Assembly: GCA_002269645.1 (NCBI GenBank) | Contig: NIVC01001511.1 | Span: forward strand, 298,151-362,150 | Source: Macrostomum lignano | Taxonomy: Eukaryota | DNA length: 64,000 nucleotides | Direction: 5' to 3' | In this document: one piece after another, positions 11,664-24,127 of the stretch | Numbering within the stretch: the stretch's first letter is position 1 | Layout of the letters: each line of letters opens with the position of its first letter | Made by a program: the position numbers and the translations under genes | The notes under the pieces: model-generated | Databases searched by the model: none | What the model saw: the letters and a program-made list of their open reading frames with translations, nothing else | Told to the model about the DNA's origin: nothing

Positions 11664-13799
11664 GCTCTTTTCAAGTCATTGGAATCGATCGGTTGCGCGT
11701 TATCCTATTCTGGAACGCGGCATCATCTGCTCCTTGAAATTCGGAAGTGGGCAGTCTGGATAAGGCATCCGCATTCTCGTGGTCTTCCGTTCGTCAGTAC
11801 CGAATTTCAAAGCTGTAGGCTGAAAGAATTACTGCCCATCTTTGTAAACGGCTGGCGGCAATCCTGGGTATGTTGTTCTTAGGCCCAAAAATCGTGACCA
11901 GAGGCTTATGGTCAGTTACCAGGATAAACTGGCGCCCATAGAGATATTGATGAAATTTCTTTACCGCGAACACGATGGCTAAACCTTTCTTTTCAATCTG
12001 AGAGTAGTTCCGCTCCGCTTTAGACAAACTTCGAGATGCATAGCATATAGGCTTCTCTTCCGAGTCTTTAAGTATGTGTGACAGAACAGCATCTACTCCA
12101 TAGCATGATGCGTCGGTCTGTAGTACGAGTGGCTTGCTGGGGTCATAATGCGTTAGGACCTCATCAGAGCTCAGCATAGCTTTGCATGCTTTAAATGCCT
12201 CCTGGCATTCATCAGTCCATTGAAAGTCGACACCTTTCTGAAGCATTTCAGATTTCGAATTAATTTCCGATAGTAGTTTACTAGACAACCAGCGAACGCA
12301 CTTCGGCAGTGTTGCTTGGTAAGGAGCATCAACGATGTCTTTAGTTATTTTGGGAGACTGACGAACTCCTGTGGCATCAATGATGTGACCTAGAAATTCG
12401 ATACTCGGCATCATAAACTGGCACTTCGATCGATTGAGTCGAATGCCAGAATCTTGCAGTCTCTTTAGCACGTCCCTGAGCAATTTATTGTGATCTTCGA
12501 CTGTCGATGCCTTTAAGACGATGTCGTCAATAAAACAGACGGCGTCCAGACCCTGAAGTATCTTGCCATTGCCTCTTGAAATTGAGCAGATGAACTCGCT
12601 AGTCCCATGACCAGCCTGTTGTACTCGAATAAGCCCAGGTGTGTATTGATAGTTGTATATTTCCGGCACTCTTCTTGCAGTTCGAGTTGTAGGAACGCTT
12701 GAGATATATCGAGCTTGCTGAATAGCTTTCCTCCGCTTAGTTTTACAAACAGCTCCTCCGGCCTGCTCACTGGGTAAATGTCCACTTCCAAGGCGGGATT
12801 GATTGTTCTTTTGAAATCAGCGCAGATGCGAATCGATTTCCCATCCTTCTTCAGAACTGGCACTATTGGACTCGCATATTCGGAAGCTTTTACCCGTCTA
12901 ATTATTCCTTGGCTCTCCAAGCTTTTTAGCTCCTGCTAAAATGCAGGCTGCAGAGCGAAGGGCACCGGTCGTGACTTGCAGAATTTTGGCAGTGAACCTT
13001 CCTTTAGATGAAGCTTGGCCGTTAATTGCTATATTTACCTAGACCATCGGTGAATAATTCACTGTGCTCTTGCAGAATTTTACTCAACTCTTGAGACACA
13101 TCCACCAGGAGAGTTTCCGACTGTGTACTGCAGCCGGCGCTTCCTGCGTATTTCCCAGCGAGATTCCCGAGTTGCGTTATCCAATCGCAGCCCAACAAAT
13201 TCTGTCTTCTGCCGTCGACAATCACCACATCAAGCTCAATGGCAGTGCCATTTTCCAGTGCTTGCACGGTGGCTTCTCCAAGCAGGGGAATCTTTTCACC
13301 GGAGTACGAAGTGAGAATCAGGGTCGTGCCCTTCGGTTCACTCCGAGTTGCTCAGCTGTTTGTTTGTTAATAATTGTACGTTCGGCGCCAGTGTCTACCT
13401 CAAATGTCACCTTCTTGTTGTTTATTTGCAGAGTTTCCAAGAAAGTATTGAATCCTTTCTTTTTAGCGCTAGCTATTTTCGCTGAGCTGGCATCCTGCTG
13501 ATTATCCTGCTGATGGCAACGTTATTAATGTTTGAGAAGTCGGGCGACTCCGCACTGCTGCCTTGGCCTCGATTTGCGCTCACGTATTTCACCCTTCTTG
13601 TGCCTTGGCCCAATCTTGCTTTGTAATTTCTCCTCTGACCATTCTGTCTGGCTCTGTGAGCTTCTGTCGACTGCTGAGTTCTGCATGCCTTCTCCAGGTG
13701 TCCCGGTTTGTTGCACTTCTTGCAGACGTAAGATCGATGTAGGCAGCTTCTTGCCCAGTGACCCATCGCTAAGCATCGGTAGCATCTGTCATGAGCAGA

Positions 13800-14308
13800 G
13801 TCTTTTGAGCTTTTTGGCCTGACTTCCTTGACTGAGTTGGCTTGAGCTCCACAGAATCTGTTAGTGTTGATGAGCGTTGCACCTTCCGATTGTGGACTTT
13901 GAATTTGAAGAGACGTCTCAAAGGAAAGAATCGTCGGACTTTCTTCGTGAAATCGATCCAGGTGGTCTCTTCTGGCCGCAGGAGCATCTGTTTCAGTTGG
14001 GCATGCTGTGCTGTCATGTCTTCACAGAAGTCAAGAACACACCCAACCTAAAACACAAACTTCTGTCAGCTTCCAATCAAAGAGAGACATTTTATCTCGT
14101 GATGGACCTCGTGCTGACAGATCATGGTGACTTTCTATTTGGTAGGACACACTGCACCGCTGGCCATGATCTGGTCCGCGAGATCATTAACAGGTTTTTC
14201 AATTGCATGTCCAAGATGCTAACAAAGCAGATCAATCAAGCTGAGACAAACAAAACATTGAAGAGAAAGTTGACGAAACTGCAAAAACTCACAGGTGGGA
14301 AGCATTGA
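13800..14308 (+). mobile_element. C-terminal fragment of a P-element/THAP-like DNA transposase
   Basis: FLREIDPGGLFWP...C..GH..IINRFFN...KRKLTKL* resembles, from recollection of the family, the RGGL..P / C..H / KRKL.KL tail of P-like transposases; abuts the truncated gag of element C. Confidence 0.5.
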
Positions 14309-14898
14309 TTCTGATGCGTGGTGCCCACTAACAATTTTGCGTATAGCCAGACTGGCGTAACTGACCTGGCAAAAGTGAGCTTCATTTAGTTTTCTGGCTG
14401 TATTCTTTCTTTGCTTGCCAGACATTTCTGAACTGTGCTTACAGTTTTCGTTTCTTTTTTGTTTTCTCTTTGTTACAGTTTCTCAATACAGTTTATAAGC
14501 CATCTATTCTTGCTTTACTTGCTTGACATGCTCCTGTGCCTACTTGTGTTACATCTAGAAATTGATTTAATTTCAACGTCTTCTTATGTCGCGTTTCATT
14601 CCTCTGCTTTTTTTATTGTTTCGGAAATATACTTTAAAATACGATCCTTCTTTTTGAATACTCTGTGTGCTTACGTCGCACGCTTGCGATCTCTAATTTT
14701 GGTCTCTTCTTGTATAGCTGCATGATATTTAGAAAATATTTAGAAAAAAAAATTGACTCTTTCAGTTGTCATTCCAGTTGCTAGATTTAGAATTCCTTGG
14801 CTCACACCATGCTCTATGTATTTGTTATTTTGACCATAGACCATAGATCAAGAGCAAGCGAGCAAGCGAATAATTATAAGTATATAGATTTTCACGAC

Positions 14899-15989
14899 AT
14901 GACTAGCGAATGGTTTGAAAGTATGACGGACGTTGAAGTGGACGCCTTGATTCAAAGTACTCTTCCGCCAAACACAATAAGAAAGTGTGAGTGGATGGTC
15001 GCTACATTTCGTGAATGCCATCAGTTCAAGAAGAACCAGTGGGCTATATCAGGCGGACCATCATTGATGGTATTGAAGGAGATGGAGGAATTCACGAAGA
15101 ACGATTTTAACTACTTGTTGAAGATGTTTATTCTAGAGGTGAGAACGAAACGGAATGAAAGATATTCATTCGGCCGGCACATTAAAGGACTTTTTTCAAT
15201 GCTCCATTATCACATGCGAAACGTGACCGGCCAACAATGGTGCTTATGGACTGATGTCGAGTTCACCGAAAGCAGGAAGGCTTTAGACTCAGCAATGAAA
15301 TTATCAACAGCTGATGGCAAGGGCAAGGGCCTAAAGGCTTCCCTGCCCATTCCTGCGTCTATTGAGATTGACTGCTGGGTCAATGGCGCATTGGGTGCTC
15401 ACCGCCCTGATCAATTGGTTCGCACTGTTGCCTGGCTTGTCGGAAAACACTTTGGGCTTCGTGGAGGGGCGGAGCTTCGCAACCTCGAATTTGGACGGGA
15501 AATAACAATGGATGGCGAAGGAGTTGACGAGTGTCTAGTGTACACGGAGGCAAAAATAAGCAAAACCAACCAAGGCGGACTGAATGGTACACTGGAATGC
15601 CAATCGAAAAAAATACGCTTGCCAACCTAGTTAAGGACGCCGTTTCGGAAGTGCGGTCCAACACAGCTGGTCGATATACTATACCAATCACTGCGCAAGA
15701 CATGGGCCACGAGTCTGCACGAAGCCGGTGTTGAACGTGCGGATATTGCTAGAATTACTGGGCATAGCTCAACTAAGGCGCTTGAGCCGTACATCCAAAA
15801 GTCAAGTGCCAGACAACAGATGCAGAGTGCCATTCTCAGCGACGAAGGAAAGCTGGTCTTTAACTGTTCGCAGAAGGTTACGACGGAGTCAGTGGCTGAA
15901 ACTAGGGAGATGCGGATATTCTTACTAGAAAGAAGATGCAGATTGATGTCAACGGTGAGACCAACAGTGTAGTTATTAGTTTCGAATAA
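14899..15989 (+). mobile_element. Crypton-type tyrosine recombinase 1 (DUF3504/ZMYM/KCTD1-like), internally deleted and frameshifted
   Basis: PPNTIRKCEW..F; FILEVRTK; KHFGLRGGAELRNL (catalytic R); WY...P...NTL; LRKTWATSLHEAG..IARITGHSS..LEPY (R, H, Y of the catalytic set). Confidence 0.85.
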
Positions 15990-16260
15990 TTATCCTAGAA
16001 TTAGGATTTACTATCTTTCGTCAAATCAATAGTAACTTAACATTAACTTATTATTGAAAAATTCACGTAACTGTTTTGTTACTTTTCCTTGTTCAAACTA
16101 TGTACGCTCGTAATTTGCGGTAAATTTCGATTTTGTCTATGACCAAATATAAAGTTTGTTTATTTGCCCCCCGGCGAGCGGGAAATAAACGCGTCTATCA
16201 CCCGGGGCAAGAACCGAGTTCTCAGCCGGGGGGTTGGACGAGAGAAGTGAAGAAAACGGA

Positions 16261-17397
16261 AAGAATATATACCTTTTAACAGTGTTGTTGGGCATAAGTG
16301 AAATTTATTTAGTCCAAGTGTTCCTACCACTGAGTGAAGTGAGTTTGATATAGTCTAGCTGTTGATTTTGGCCATAGACGATTGAGGAAAAGTGAAATAT
16401 ATTTGGTCGCTCTTGCTTAGCGCTGAGCTTACCGTGACTTAAAGTTAGTCGTAGTGAAATTTATTTAGTCCGCTTAGAGTTCTTGTTTGGCTATAGAATT
16501 TGCTGAATCATAGAATTCTTTCTATTGGCGATAGGAATGCAGCTGCCGCGTTAGGCATTACGCTGCAGGAACACCGCGCACGCATTCTGGAGCGTGAACT
16601 GTAAGACTGTATGAGCGCAGTTACACAGCTGCACTGCGAAGCCTGGCACCGAGAAAGTCTGCGCTATGTACCGCGCTGCATAGCCATGGAGGACATCGTT
16701 GCCTAATTGAACATTGAACAGTTTTCTTTGCCTGACGGTCACTAGTTGTGTGCTGCCATTGCATCTTACACCTTACATCTTACATCTTACATCTTACACA
16801 TCTTATGTGTTTTTGCGCCTTTTATGAAAGTTTACGATCTCGTTGACCATATTCATTTCACTTTGACTAAATAAAAGTCACGATCTCGTTGCGCGCGCTA
16901 AAAACGACTATATTGAATTCACCGTCTATGGCTGCAAGCTAATTGAAGCGACTAAATCAAACTCACTTCGCTCAGTGGTAGGAGCACTTGGACTAGATAA
17001 ATTTCACTTATGCCCAACAACACTGATATATTCCTGCACGGTCACGAGTGCGGGAATGACATCTGCACGAGTGCGCGCTAGCGCACGAGTGCACGATGTC
17101 CTTCACGCACGAGTGAACGTGAAGGAATTCCATTGTCGGATGATTCATCGTGCAGGAATGCACAAAACCGTGCAGGAATACATTTCTGCGCCTAATGCTT
17201 TTTCAGTGAGATTTTACCATAGACATCCATTCCTGCACGCAAAAGAGTGCAAGAATGCCATTCTTGCATGGAAAATCAGCCGACAATGCTTTTTCAGTGA
17301 GATTTTACCATAGACATCCATTCCTGCACGCAAAAGAGTGCAAGAATGCCATTCTTGCATGGAAAATCAGCCGACAATGTTAAAAGGTATATTTCTT
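16261..17397. mobile_element. Non-autonomous TIR element (~120-bp TIRs), right TIR split by a nested insertion
   Basis: 16261-16380 is the reverse complement of 16923-17025 + 17378-17397; CCATAGAC/GTCTATGG lies at the inner end of each arm. The insert 17026-17377 holds a palindromic MITE and a 91-bp tandem duplication. Confidence 0.8.
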
Positions 17398-17590
17398 AAT
17401 AGTTTGGTCGGTGCATATGAGCCGACTGTAGTACTGTGAGATGTTTATGGTCAAGACTGCTACTTAGTCGAATTTAAGACGAACATTTAATTTTTAAAGC
17501 ACATACTTAAATCAACTGATAAGCAAGGAGACTTTCGATTTTGATCTCGGAATCGACTTTGAGCCCATTGACTTTGCGACAATCGAGGAA

Positions 17591-18241
17591 GTGTTGGATG
17601 CTACGGGAGCGCCTACAAATGGAGAATCGGAGCTTGTGGCTGAGGAGCAGAGACTGGAAGAGATAATTACATCCGTTGTCCCGGAGGGAACAAAGAAGAA
17701 GTGTCAATGGATGGTCCATGCCTTTCGAGCCTGGCACGACAAGAAGAAGGAGCAGTGGGCAAAATCCGATCCTGGCGGTAGATGGTATCAAAATCAGGCC
17801 TTCGGTCGACATACCATTGACTCTGTAGCTAGGAAAGTAACTGCTGGATTATTGACACCCGTTTGTGGCCGCTACACGAATCAAACACTAAGAAAGACTT
17901 GCGCTACATCTCTGCGAGACGCCGACCTCGAGCGAGCCGAAATATGTAGAATTACCGGGCACACTTCTGCAGCTCTCCAGCGCTACATTGGCTCGTCCAG
18001 TGACACGATCCGATCGGTCTCTAACGCTTTTCAATGCGGTAACATCAAGACTAGTGAATCATTGCTTGTCTGCCAGTCTCAACATGCTAATGTCGCCATG
18101 GTACCTGCTGGACTGACAAGTGAAGTTGCTGCTAATGCTAATCAGAAGAGTGTTTAAGTACCTATAGAACAAGTAAAACATCAACGTGGAATTGAGAAGG
18201 TGGAGATCGATGGTGAGAAGGTTCTAATTTTTTTCAAATAA
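17591..18241 (+). mobile_element. Crypton-type tyrosine recombinase 2, large internal deletion
   Basis: N-terminus VVPEGTKKKCQWMVHAF..W (same subfamily as copy 1) joined directly to WYQNQAFGRHTI..YTNQTLRKTCATSL..ITGHTSAALQRY; tail EKVEIDGEKVLIFFK. Confidence 0.85.
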
Positions 18242-18299
18242 ACTGCTAAATAAGCAGCAAACTAACTATTCAGCTATGAATAGCTTAATAAACTTTTCA

Positions 18300-20045
18300 G
18301 GCCCCTGTCGATCTGCAAACCGATTCCGCTGAGGCCATTGCATCTGCACTACGGTTGTTCTATGGAACCCTCAGGAAGCGTGACGGCAACCTTCTGGCAC
18401 CGTCTACTCTGATTTGTATGCGAGCGACATTGTACAGACATCTGATGAAGACCAGGCGAATGAATATCATTTCCGACAGAGAGTTCTCTAATGCCAATGC
18501 GACCTTGAAAGCACTGGCTCGTAGTTTCATCAATGGAGGTGGAAGATCTAAACATTTTGAAGCCCTGGAGGAGAACGATTTGCGCAAACTGGCCGCTTAC
18601 TTCAGCAGAGAAAATCTGACGGTTTTGTTGCACGAACTATATTACAACTTCATCTATTACTTTGGAAATCGGAGACACGAGTGGCTTCGCGGACTCAGTG
18701 AGAACAGCTTTATCAGCTTTATCTTTGAGAAGAGGCCCGACGGAGCGGAGGTTGTGCGGCTTAGGCTTGGCAAAGTTAAGAATGTAGGCAACAGCCTCAA
18801 CCGAGAAGCGTGCGATGACTACAAGAACGCGGTGATGGTCTCAACCGCAGAAAAGTGCCCAGTCAAGGCACAAAAGATGTATCTACCTCAGTACGTCCAA
18901 AAAGGTCTTGGACACCCTTCCTATCTCTGCATCTGTTCAAGCGATTTTTATAAAAATTCACACAAACATGGACCTATATGTATTAAATTCAGTGCTAACA
19001 TTACAGCCTTATCGGGTTGACAGAGCGAAAGCAATCGATCATTTAGTGAGGAACCTATGAAATTAGCAATACGATTTTTGAAGAGCATCGAACCTGGACT
19101 CCTGTGATGAAATTGCAGCTCATTTTTATAAAAATTAATCTGCAAAATATCACTGCTTTCACTGAGTATTGATTAATACCTTAATTGATTTAATATTGCT
19201 TTTGTCAGCCTAACTGAGAATAAAGCCATCCAAAGTGAGAATCCTGCCTACGCTGACTGCGAAGGGCCTGGCTGCGTGCAGCCTTAGTCTATGGGCCATA
19301 GACTATAAAGGACAAGCAAAGTGATAAAAAGCTATCCAATGTGAGAATCGATTGGTCTATGCGTCGTATTCTTTTATTTTTATACCTTCTGAGCCATATG
19401 ACTAGCCAATAGCTTGAACGGAATAACGGAAACAGAGCAAAGTTTTGGACGCACTTTTTATATAAATCGATTTAAGAGATGCAGAGATAGGAGGCGTGTC
19501 TAAGAAATTTTTGGACGCACCAAGGTAAGCAAGCGAAGCGAGTCGATTTCTACCAGCAGCTCTGGTGCTGCTCCAGGCACGCCTTTCTTTTTGAAGCCAA
19601 ACGTTTCCAACTGGAAAACGTCGAATTGGTACTGTGCCAAACAGCCTGTCGGTGTCAACACCTTGGCGAGTCCAATGTCGACCATTTCACAAGCTACTGG
19701 ACTTAGTCGTCGGTACACCGCCCACTGCGTGCGTCCAACAGTTGTGAGAGAACTCGCCGATGCTGGCTTCTCAAATGCTGACATTTGCAAGATCACCGGC
19801 CACAAGAGCACACGAGCGGTAGAGCGCTATTTGATGTTTGGCAATCGAAGAGAGACCTAAATGCATGTCATGTGTTAGCAGTTGCATGGGGCCATGCACT
19901 CCGATCCAGTAGGAGTCCCCGTCTTGGATCAGACTGAAGATCAAGCCGTTGCGATTAGCGAAGAGGCGACCAGTGGCTCGGCTTCACGGGTGACAGTCAA
20001 TTTGCATGGACCATTTCATGGTTGCACGTTTAATATTGGAAAGTA
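18300..20045 (+). mobile_element. Crypton-type tyrosine recombinase 3, 5'-truncated, interrupted by a TIR element
   Basis: FYGTLRKRDG..STLICMRATLYRHL..YYFGNRRHEWLR..KCPVKAQKMYL, resuming at 19521: PFFLKP..WYCAKQPVGVNTL..YTAHCVRPT..ITGHKSTRAVERY; tail FHGCTFNIGK. Confidence 0.88.
18891..19520. mobile_element. ~630-bp TIR element inserted into Crypton YR 3
   Basis: Left GTACGTCCAAAAA..CCTATCTCTGCATCT..TTTATAAAAA versus right reverse-complement GTGCGTCCAAAAA..CCTATCTCTGCATCT; the YR reading resumes on both sides. Confidence 0.75.
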
Positions 20046-20183
20046 AGTAGACAATTGACGTTTAGACGAAGAAAATGTTTGAGCATTCGTTTGAGCATTA
20101 ACAGGTTGTCTTTTTTTCATTCATTCAAATTATATTCCGTTTCTGCGAAATACTACGACATCGTTAATAAATGATAATGTAAG

Positions 20184-20520
20184 ATTACTACTAGGCTTTC
20201 GAGTGCGATAATAGTCTTGGCTCGAGTGCGCGAAGAGAAGATCTCCCACCACTAGGCTTTCGAGTGCGATAATAGTCTTGGCTCGAGTGCGCGAAGAGAA
20301 GATCTCCCACCACTAGGCTTTCGAGTGCGATAATAGTCTTGGCTCGAGTGCGCGAAGAGAAGATCTCCCACCACTAGGCTTTCGAGTGCGATAATAGTCT
20401 TGGCTCGAGTGCGCGAAGAGAAGATCTCTAGGCTTTCGAGTGCGATAATAGTCTTGGCTCGAGTGCGCGAAGCGCACGAGTGCCACAGACTATTATCGCA
20501 CTCGAAAGCCTAGTAGTAAT
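20184..20520. mobile_element. Palindromic hairpin MITE with its left arm amplified as a 61-bp tandem repeat
   Basis: ACTAGGCTTTCGAGTGCGATAATAGTC units at 20190, 20251, 20312, 20373 and 20428, closed by the inverse arm GACTATTATCGCACTCGAAAGCCTAGTAGTAAT. Confidence 0.85.
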
Positions 20521-20522
20521 CA

Positions 20523-21273
20523 TATTGTTCCATGACTGAGCGTGCGTTGAAAAAATTCTTCGTCACAGCACTGTACTTTATTATCTGCACGCTTTTTGTT
20601 CCTGCAGCTAGGAGTTCCTATCATAGACATTTTCTTAGTGACCATAGACAATTTCTTGCTATGCACAAGCTTCTGATCGTGAGTTTGGCCCACTATGGAT
20701 TCATTATTTCCTAACGGCATGAGAAGCGGCATGACGGCCGGTGAGATCTCCCACCATTTGGAGTGGGCCGACGTTGAGAAGCTTGTGGACGAGCAGTTAC
20801 GTCTCCAAGCAACTAGTGTGGACGACAACGAGGAGCTGAACCGCCTATTCGACTCCATCCCTGATTTGAACGACGACTTGGCCTCGATCGACCTTGACGC
20901 ATCAATCCGGGCGCTGGAGCAAGAGACCGATGTCAAATCGTCTAAGCAGCATGAGGCTCAATACGTCGCGAAATTTCGCGATTTCTTGGCCAAGTATCCA
21001 CACCTGCGCGTCGATTTGGACACCTCGCAACCCGAGGAGCTGAGCGTTGGCCTGCGCTACTTTTACGGCACTTTACTTTTAACTTTAAGTTGCTTGCAAA
21101 CTGCTGTTTTTTTGTGGCGCTGTACGCTATTATCTGCACGCTTTTTCATTATCTGCACGCTTTTTTCATTATCTGCACGCTTTTTTGGCTACGCCGCATA
21201 GGGTTGGGCCATAGACTGTAAGATTAATGCACGCTTTTTGGACCAAAAACGCACGCTCAGTCATGGAACAATA
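20523..21273 (+). mobile_element. TIR-bounded deletion derivative carrying a Crypton N-terminal ORF
   Basis: Perfect 26-bp inverted repeat at 20523-20548 / 21248-21273; ORF 20695-21071 ends ..QYVAKFRDFL..LRYFYGTL, the same FYGTL motif as YR 3. Confidence 0.75.
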
Positions 21274-21571
21274 CATTTAATGCACGCTTTGATCATTTAA
21301 TGCACGTTTTTTGGTTGGCGCGAGATGGGGTCGAGTGACCATAGACTATAGGATTTAATGCACGCTTTTCAACATTGTATAGCAATTTGACGATCATTAT
21401 TTGTAGTTTTTATGCGTTACAATTCATTGTTTGTTTGCCATTCGGCATTGAACCTAGTTTTGTCTATGGTAATCCTCAATGCTAATATCGTCAAATAGGC
21501 TAGAGAGAAGGGTATGAATACACTCTACCATAGCATACGATTTGATCGTCCAATAGCGATACAATGAAAAG

Positions 21572-21666
21572 AATCAGCGGTCGCAGTGCGTGACAACGAT
21601 TGTCTGGCGAGCGCCGGTAGGCGCGAGCCATAGACAAATCGTTGTCACGCACTGGGACCGCTGATT
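21572..21666. mobile_element. ~95-bp palindromic MITE (second copy 27043-27146, partial arm near 26403)
   Basis: AATCAGCGGTC.CAGTGCGTGACAACGATT ... AATCGTTGTCACGCACTGGGACCGCTGATT around the core GAGCGCCGGTAGGCGCGAGCCATAGAC. Confidence 0.8.
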
Positions 21667-21814
21667 ATTTATCCATTGCAATCGTGTTACAATGAAGAGA
21701 CGACGCACTGCTTTCGAGTGCAGCAACGACCTAGGCACGAGTGCGCTGTCGACATCATTGACTAACGATTTCACTGTTATCTTTTATTTAAACCATAGAC
21801 AGTTGTGCTGTCTC

Positions 21815-22580
21815 ACTCCTGTGGGTAGGAATTAAACCTAAACCCAAGAAATCGGCTACTGGTGGAGGACAATGTCCTGTACAAGCCGTCAAGCTGTATC
21901 TTGAGAAGCGTGGCGCCACTGTGGGGCTATTGGAAGATGCACCGTTGTTTCTGACACCCAAGAAAAAGGTGGCATTCGGTGCTGCTTGGTTTACCAAGGT
22001 CCCGCTCGGTGTGAACAGTCTCGGTGGAATGATGAGGGCTATATCGAGCGCGGCAGGACTGTTGAAGGGATACACAGCTCACTGCATTCGTCTAACTGTT
22101 ATATCTGATCTTCACGAAGCTGGATTTCGTCTGGTGCAAATTTTCAAGATTACGGGTCACAAGGAGACCAAGACAGTTCAGAGGTTAGTAAAACCGACGA
22201 CATGCATAAAACATTTTTCTCTGCTACCTTAATGCCTTCCTTGGCTATAACCTAAAAGAGCGCAAGGCTACGGAGATGGGTAACATGTCGGACGCACTAT
22301 CAGCCACGCTGTATGGATCCACCAGCAAAACCGATGAACCTGAACAGAATTCTTTGACCATTGCTAATTCTAGCTCCATGACTGCTACCTCTGCTGACGT
22401 TGCCCAAGAGCCGGACCCAAAAGTGGTCGTGCCTGTCACCAAGCTCGGACCTGTTTCGTCCAGTCAGCACCTTATGAATCAGGTGATCGATGTTGGATTC
22501 CACCAACGTAGAAGGGAACCCTTCAGCGTTTTCGCCTAACTTTAATGGAACTTTTTACGAACTGTGTGTTCAATTTCAAG
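21815..22580 (+). mobile_element. Crypton-type tyrosine recombinase 4, C-terminal half
   Basis: QCPVQAVKLYLEKR..PLFLTP..WFTKVPLGVNSLGGMM..YTAHCIRLT..ITGHKETKTVQR; tail MSDALS..FTNCVFNF. Confidence 0.85.
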
Positions 22581-23180
22581 CCCTAGGATGCAAGCTGACA
22601 TCGTCAATGCTACCCAAACTGAAAAAAACTACTGAGTTTTGCCGACATTTGTTTTAGTAATATTGCAGTTATATGTTCTAAATTCCTGTGGTTTTGACGT
22701 TAGATTACTGTATCAGTTTCCAGTTCAACTTAAATAATAAGTATTCTAAAAATAGAAGCATGCAGCAACGGGACGTTGCCGCATGCAAATTGGACGTTGC
22801 GGCACCTTGTCTATGGTAAAAGTATTCACTAATGCAATGCCAAATCGTTAGTCAATGGGAAGTTGTCAAATGGTAGATTTATCTCTAGGTTTCGAGTGCG
22901 TAAATAGTCTTGTCATGAGTGCGCGTAGCGCACGAGTGCCTTAGACTATTTACGCACGAAGGAACCTATCTAGGATAGTGATAGATTCATTGATTTATGG
23001 GCAAAGCATTCTTCTGGTTTTAGCCATAGACATAGATAGATTGGAATTTACCGCACGCATGGACTATAAGAGGGATAAGAGGGCTTTATAATTTATTTTA
23101 ATTAAGTGACAACAGCAATGGAAAATATTTTTGCCTGCGAACATGCAAGTTTCAGTCCTAAATTTCGGTACCTCGGCTGA

Positions 23181-23822
23181 TAGAATTTGTTCAGTAGCTT
23201 AGGTAGAATTGGTTCAGTAGCTCAGGCAGAATTGGTTCAGTAGCTCAGGCAGAATTGGTTCAGTAGCTCAGGTTGAATTTGGTCAGTTGCTCAGGTAGAA
23301 TTGGTTCACTAGCTCAGGTAGAATTGGGTCAGTAGCTTAGGTAGAATTGGGTCAGTAGCTTAGGTAGAATTGGGTCAGTAGCTCAGGTAGAATTTTCTTA
23401 GTAGCTCAGGCAGAATTGGTTCAGTAGCTCAGGCAGAATTGGTTCAGTAGCTCAGGCAGAATTGGTTCAGTAGATCAGGTTGAATTTGGTCAGTTGCTCA
23501 GGTAGAATTGGTTCACTAGCTCAGGTAGAATTGGGTCAGTAGCTTAGGTAGAATTGGGTCAGTAGCTTAGGTAGAATTGGGTCAGTAGCTCAGGTAGAAT
23601 TTTCTCAGTAGCTCAGGTAGAATTGGGTCAGTAGCTCAGGTACTGAGACAGTAGCTTAGGCAGGATTAGCTCATTAGCTCAGGTAGAATTAGACCAGTAG
23701 CTCAGGTAGAATTAGACCAGTAGCTCAGGTAGAATTGGGTCAGTAGCTCAGGTACTGAGACATTAGCTTAGGCAGGATTAGCTCATTAGCTCAGGTAGAA
23801 TTAGACCAGTAGCTCAGGTAGA
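23181..23822. repeat. 23-bp minisatellite (AGTAGCTCAGGTAGAATTGGTTC)
   Basis: About 27 tandem copies visible. Confidence 0.92.
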
Positions 23823-24127
23823 CTTAAATAAATTTAATAAGTTGAATACGTGCGGGAATTTACAGCACGGCTTGGGATTTACTGCACAGTCGCGTTATTG
23901 GTGAAGGATTGCTTTTTGGCCATAGACAATGAATAGTGTCAGCAATTTAAGAATGCTTGGCCATATGTCAATGATAGAGTCTATAGTTCAGTAAAAGACT
24001 TAATGACTTGAAAAAGATTTACAGCTAAGAAAATATCTATAGACTGATAAGATTAAGATTATTTGATAAAAATGATCAACTGGACATTTTTGCTGTTGAT
24101 TCTCTCGATGGTGTAAACGCAAGCAAA

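Larger units (their letters stand above)
955..13790 (-). mobile_element. Decayed host Ty3/Gypsy (Mag-like) LTR retrotransposon C, split by two nested insertions
   Basis: Gag double CCHC (CYRCLAMGHWARSC..CKKCNKPGHLEKAC, ~13680-13787), protease (FEVDTGA ~13400), RT (12513-12920, FIDD), RNase H (11794-12300). Removing insertions B and A rejoins linker/IN in order (KRATSNDPLLSRVL; HEGHSG..WYPGID|NDIE; IN core 1833-2207; C-term 1316-1831). PPT-like 1240-1256 and putative 3' LTR starting TG at 1239. The left limit (955) is a guess and no 5' LTR was found. Many frameshifts. Confidence 0.85.

Noticed and set aside
20184-20520. CRISPR-like appearance of the 61-bp repeats
   Set aside because: Units are contiguous and identical with no unique spacers; eukaryotic context; no cas genes.
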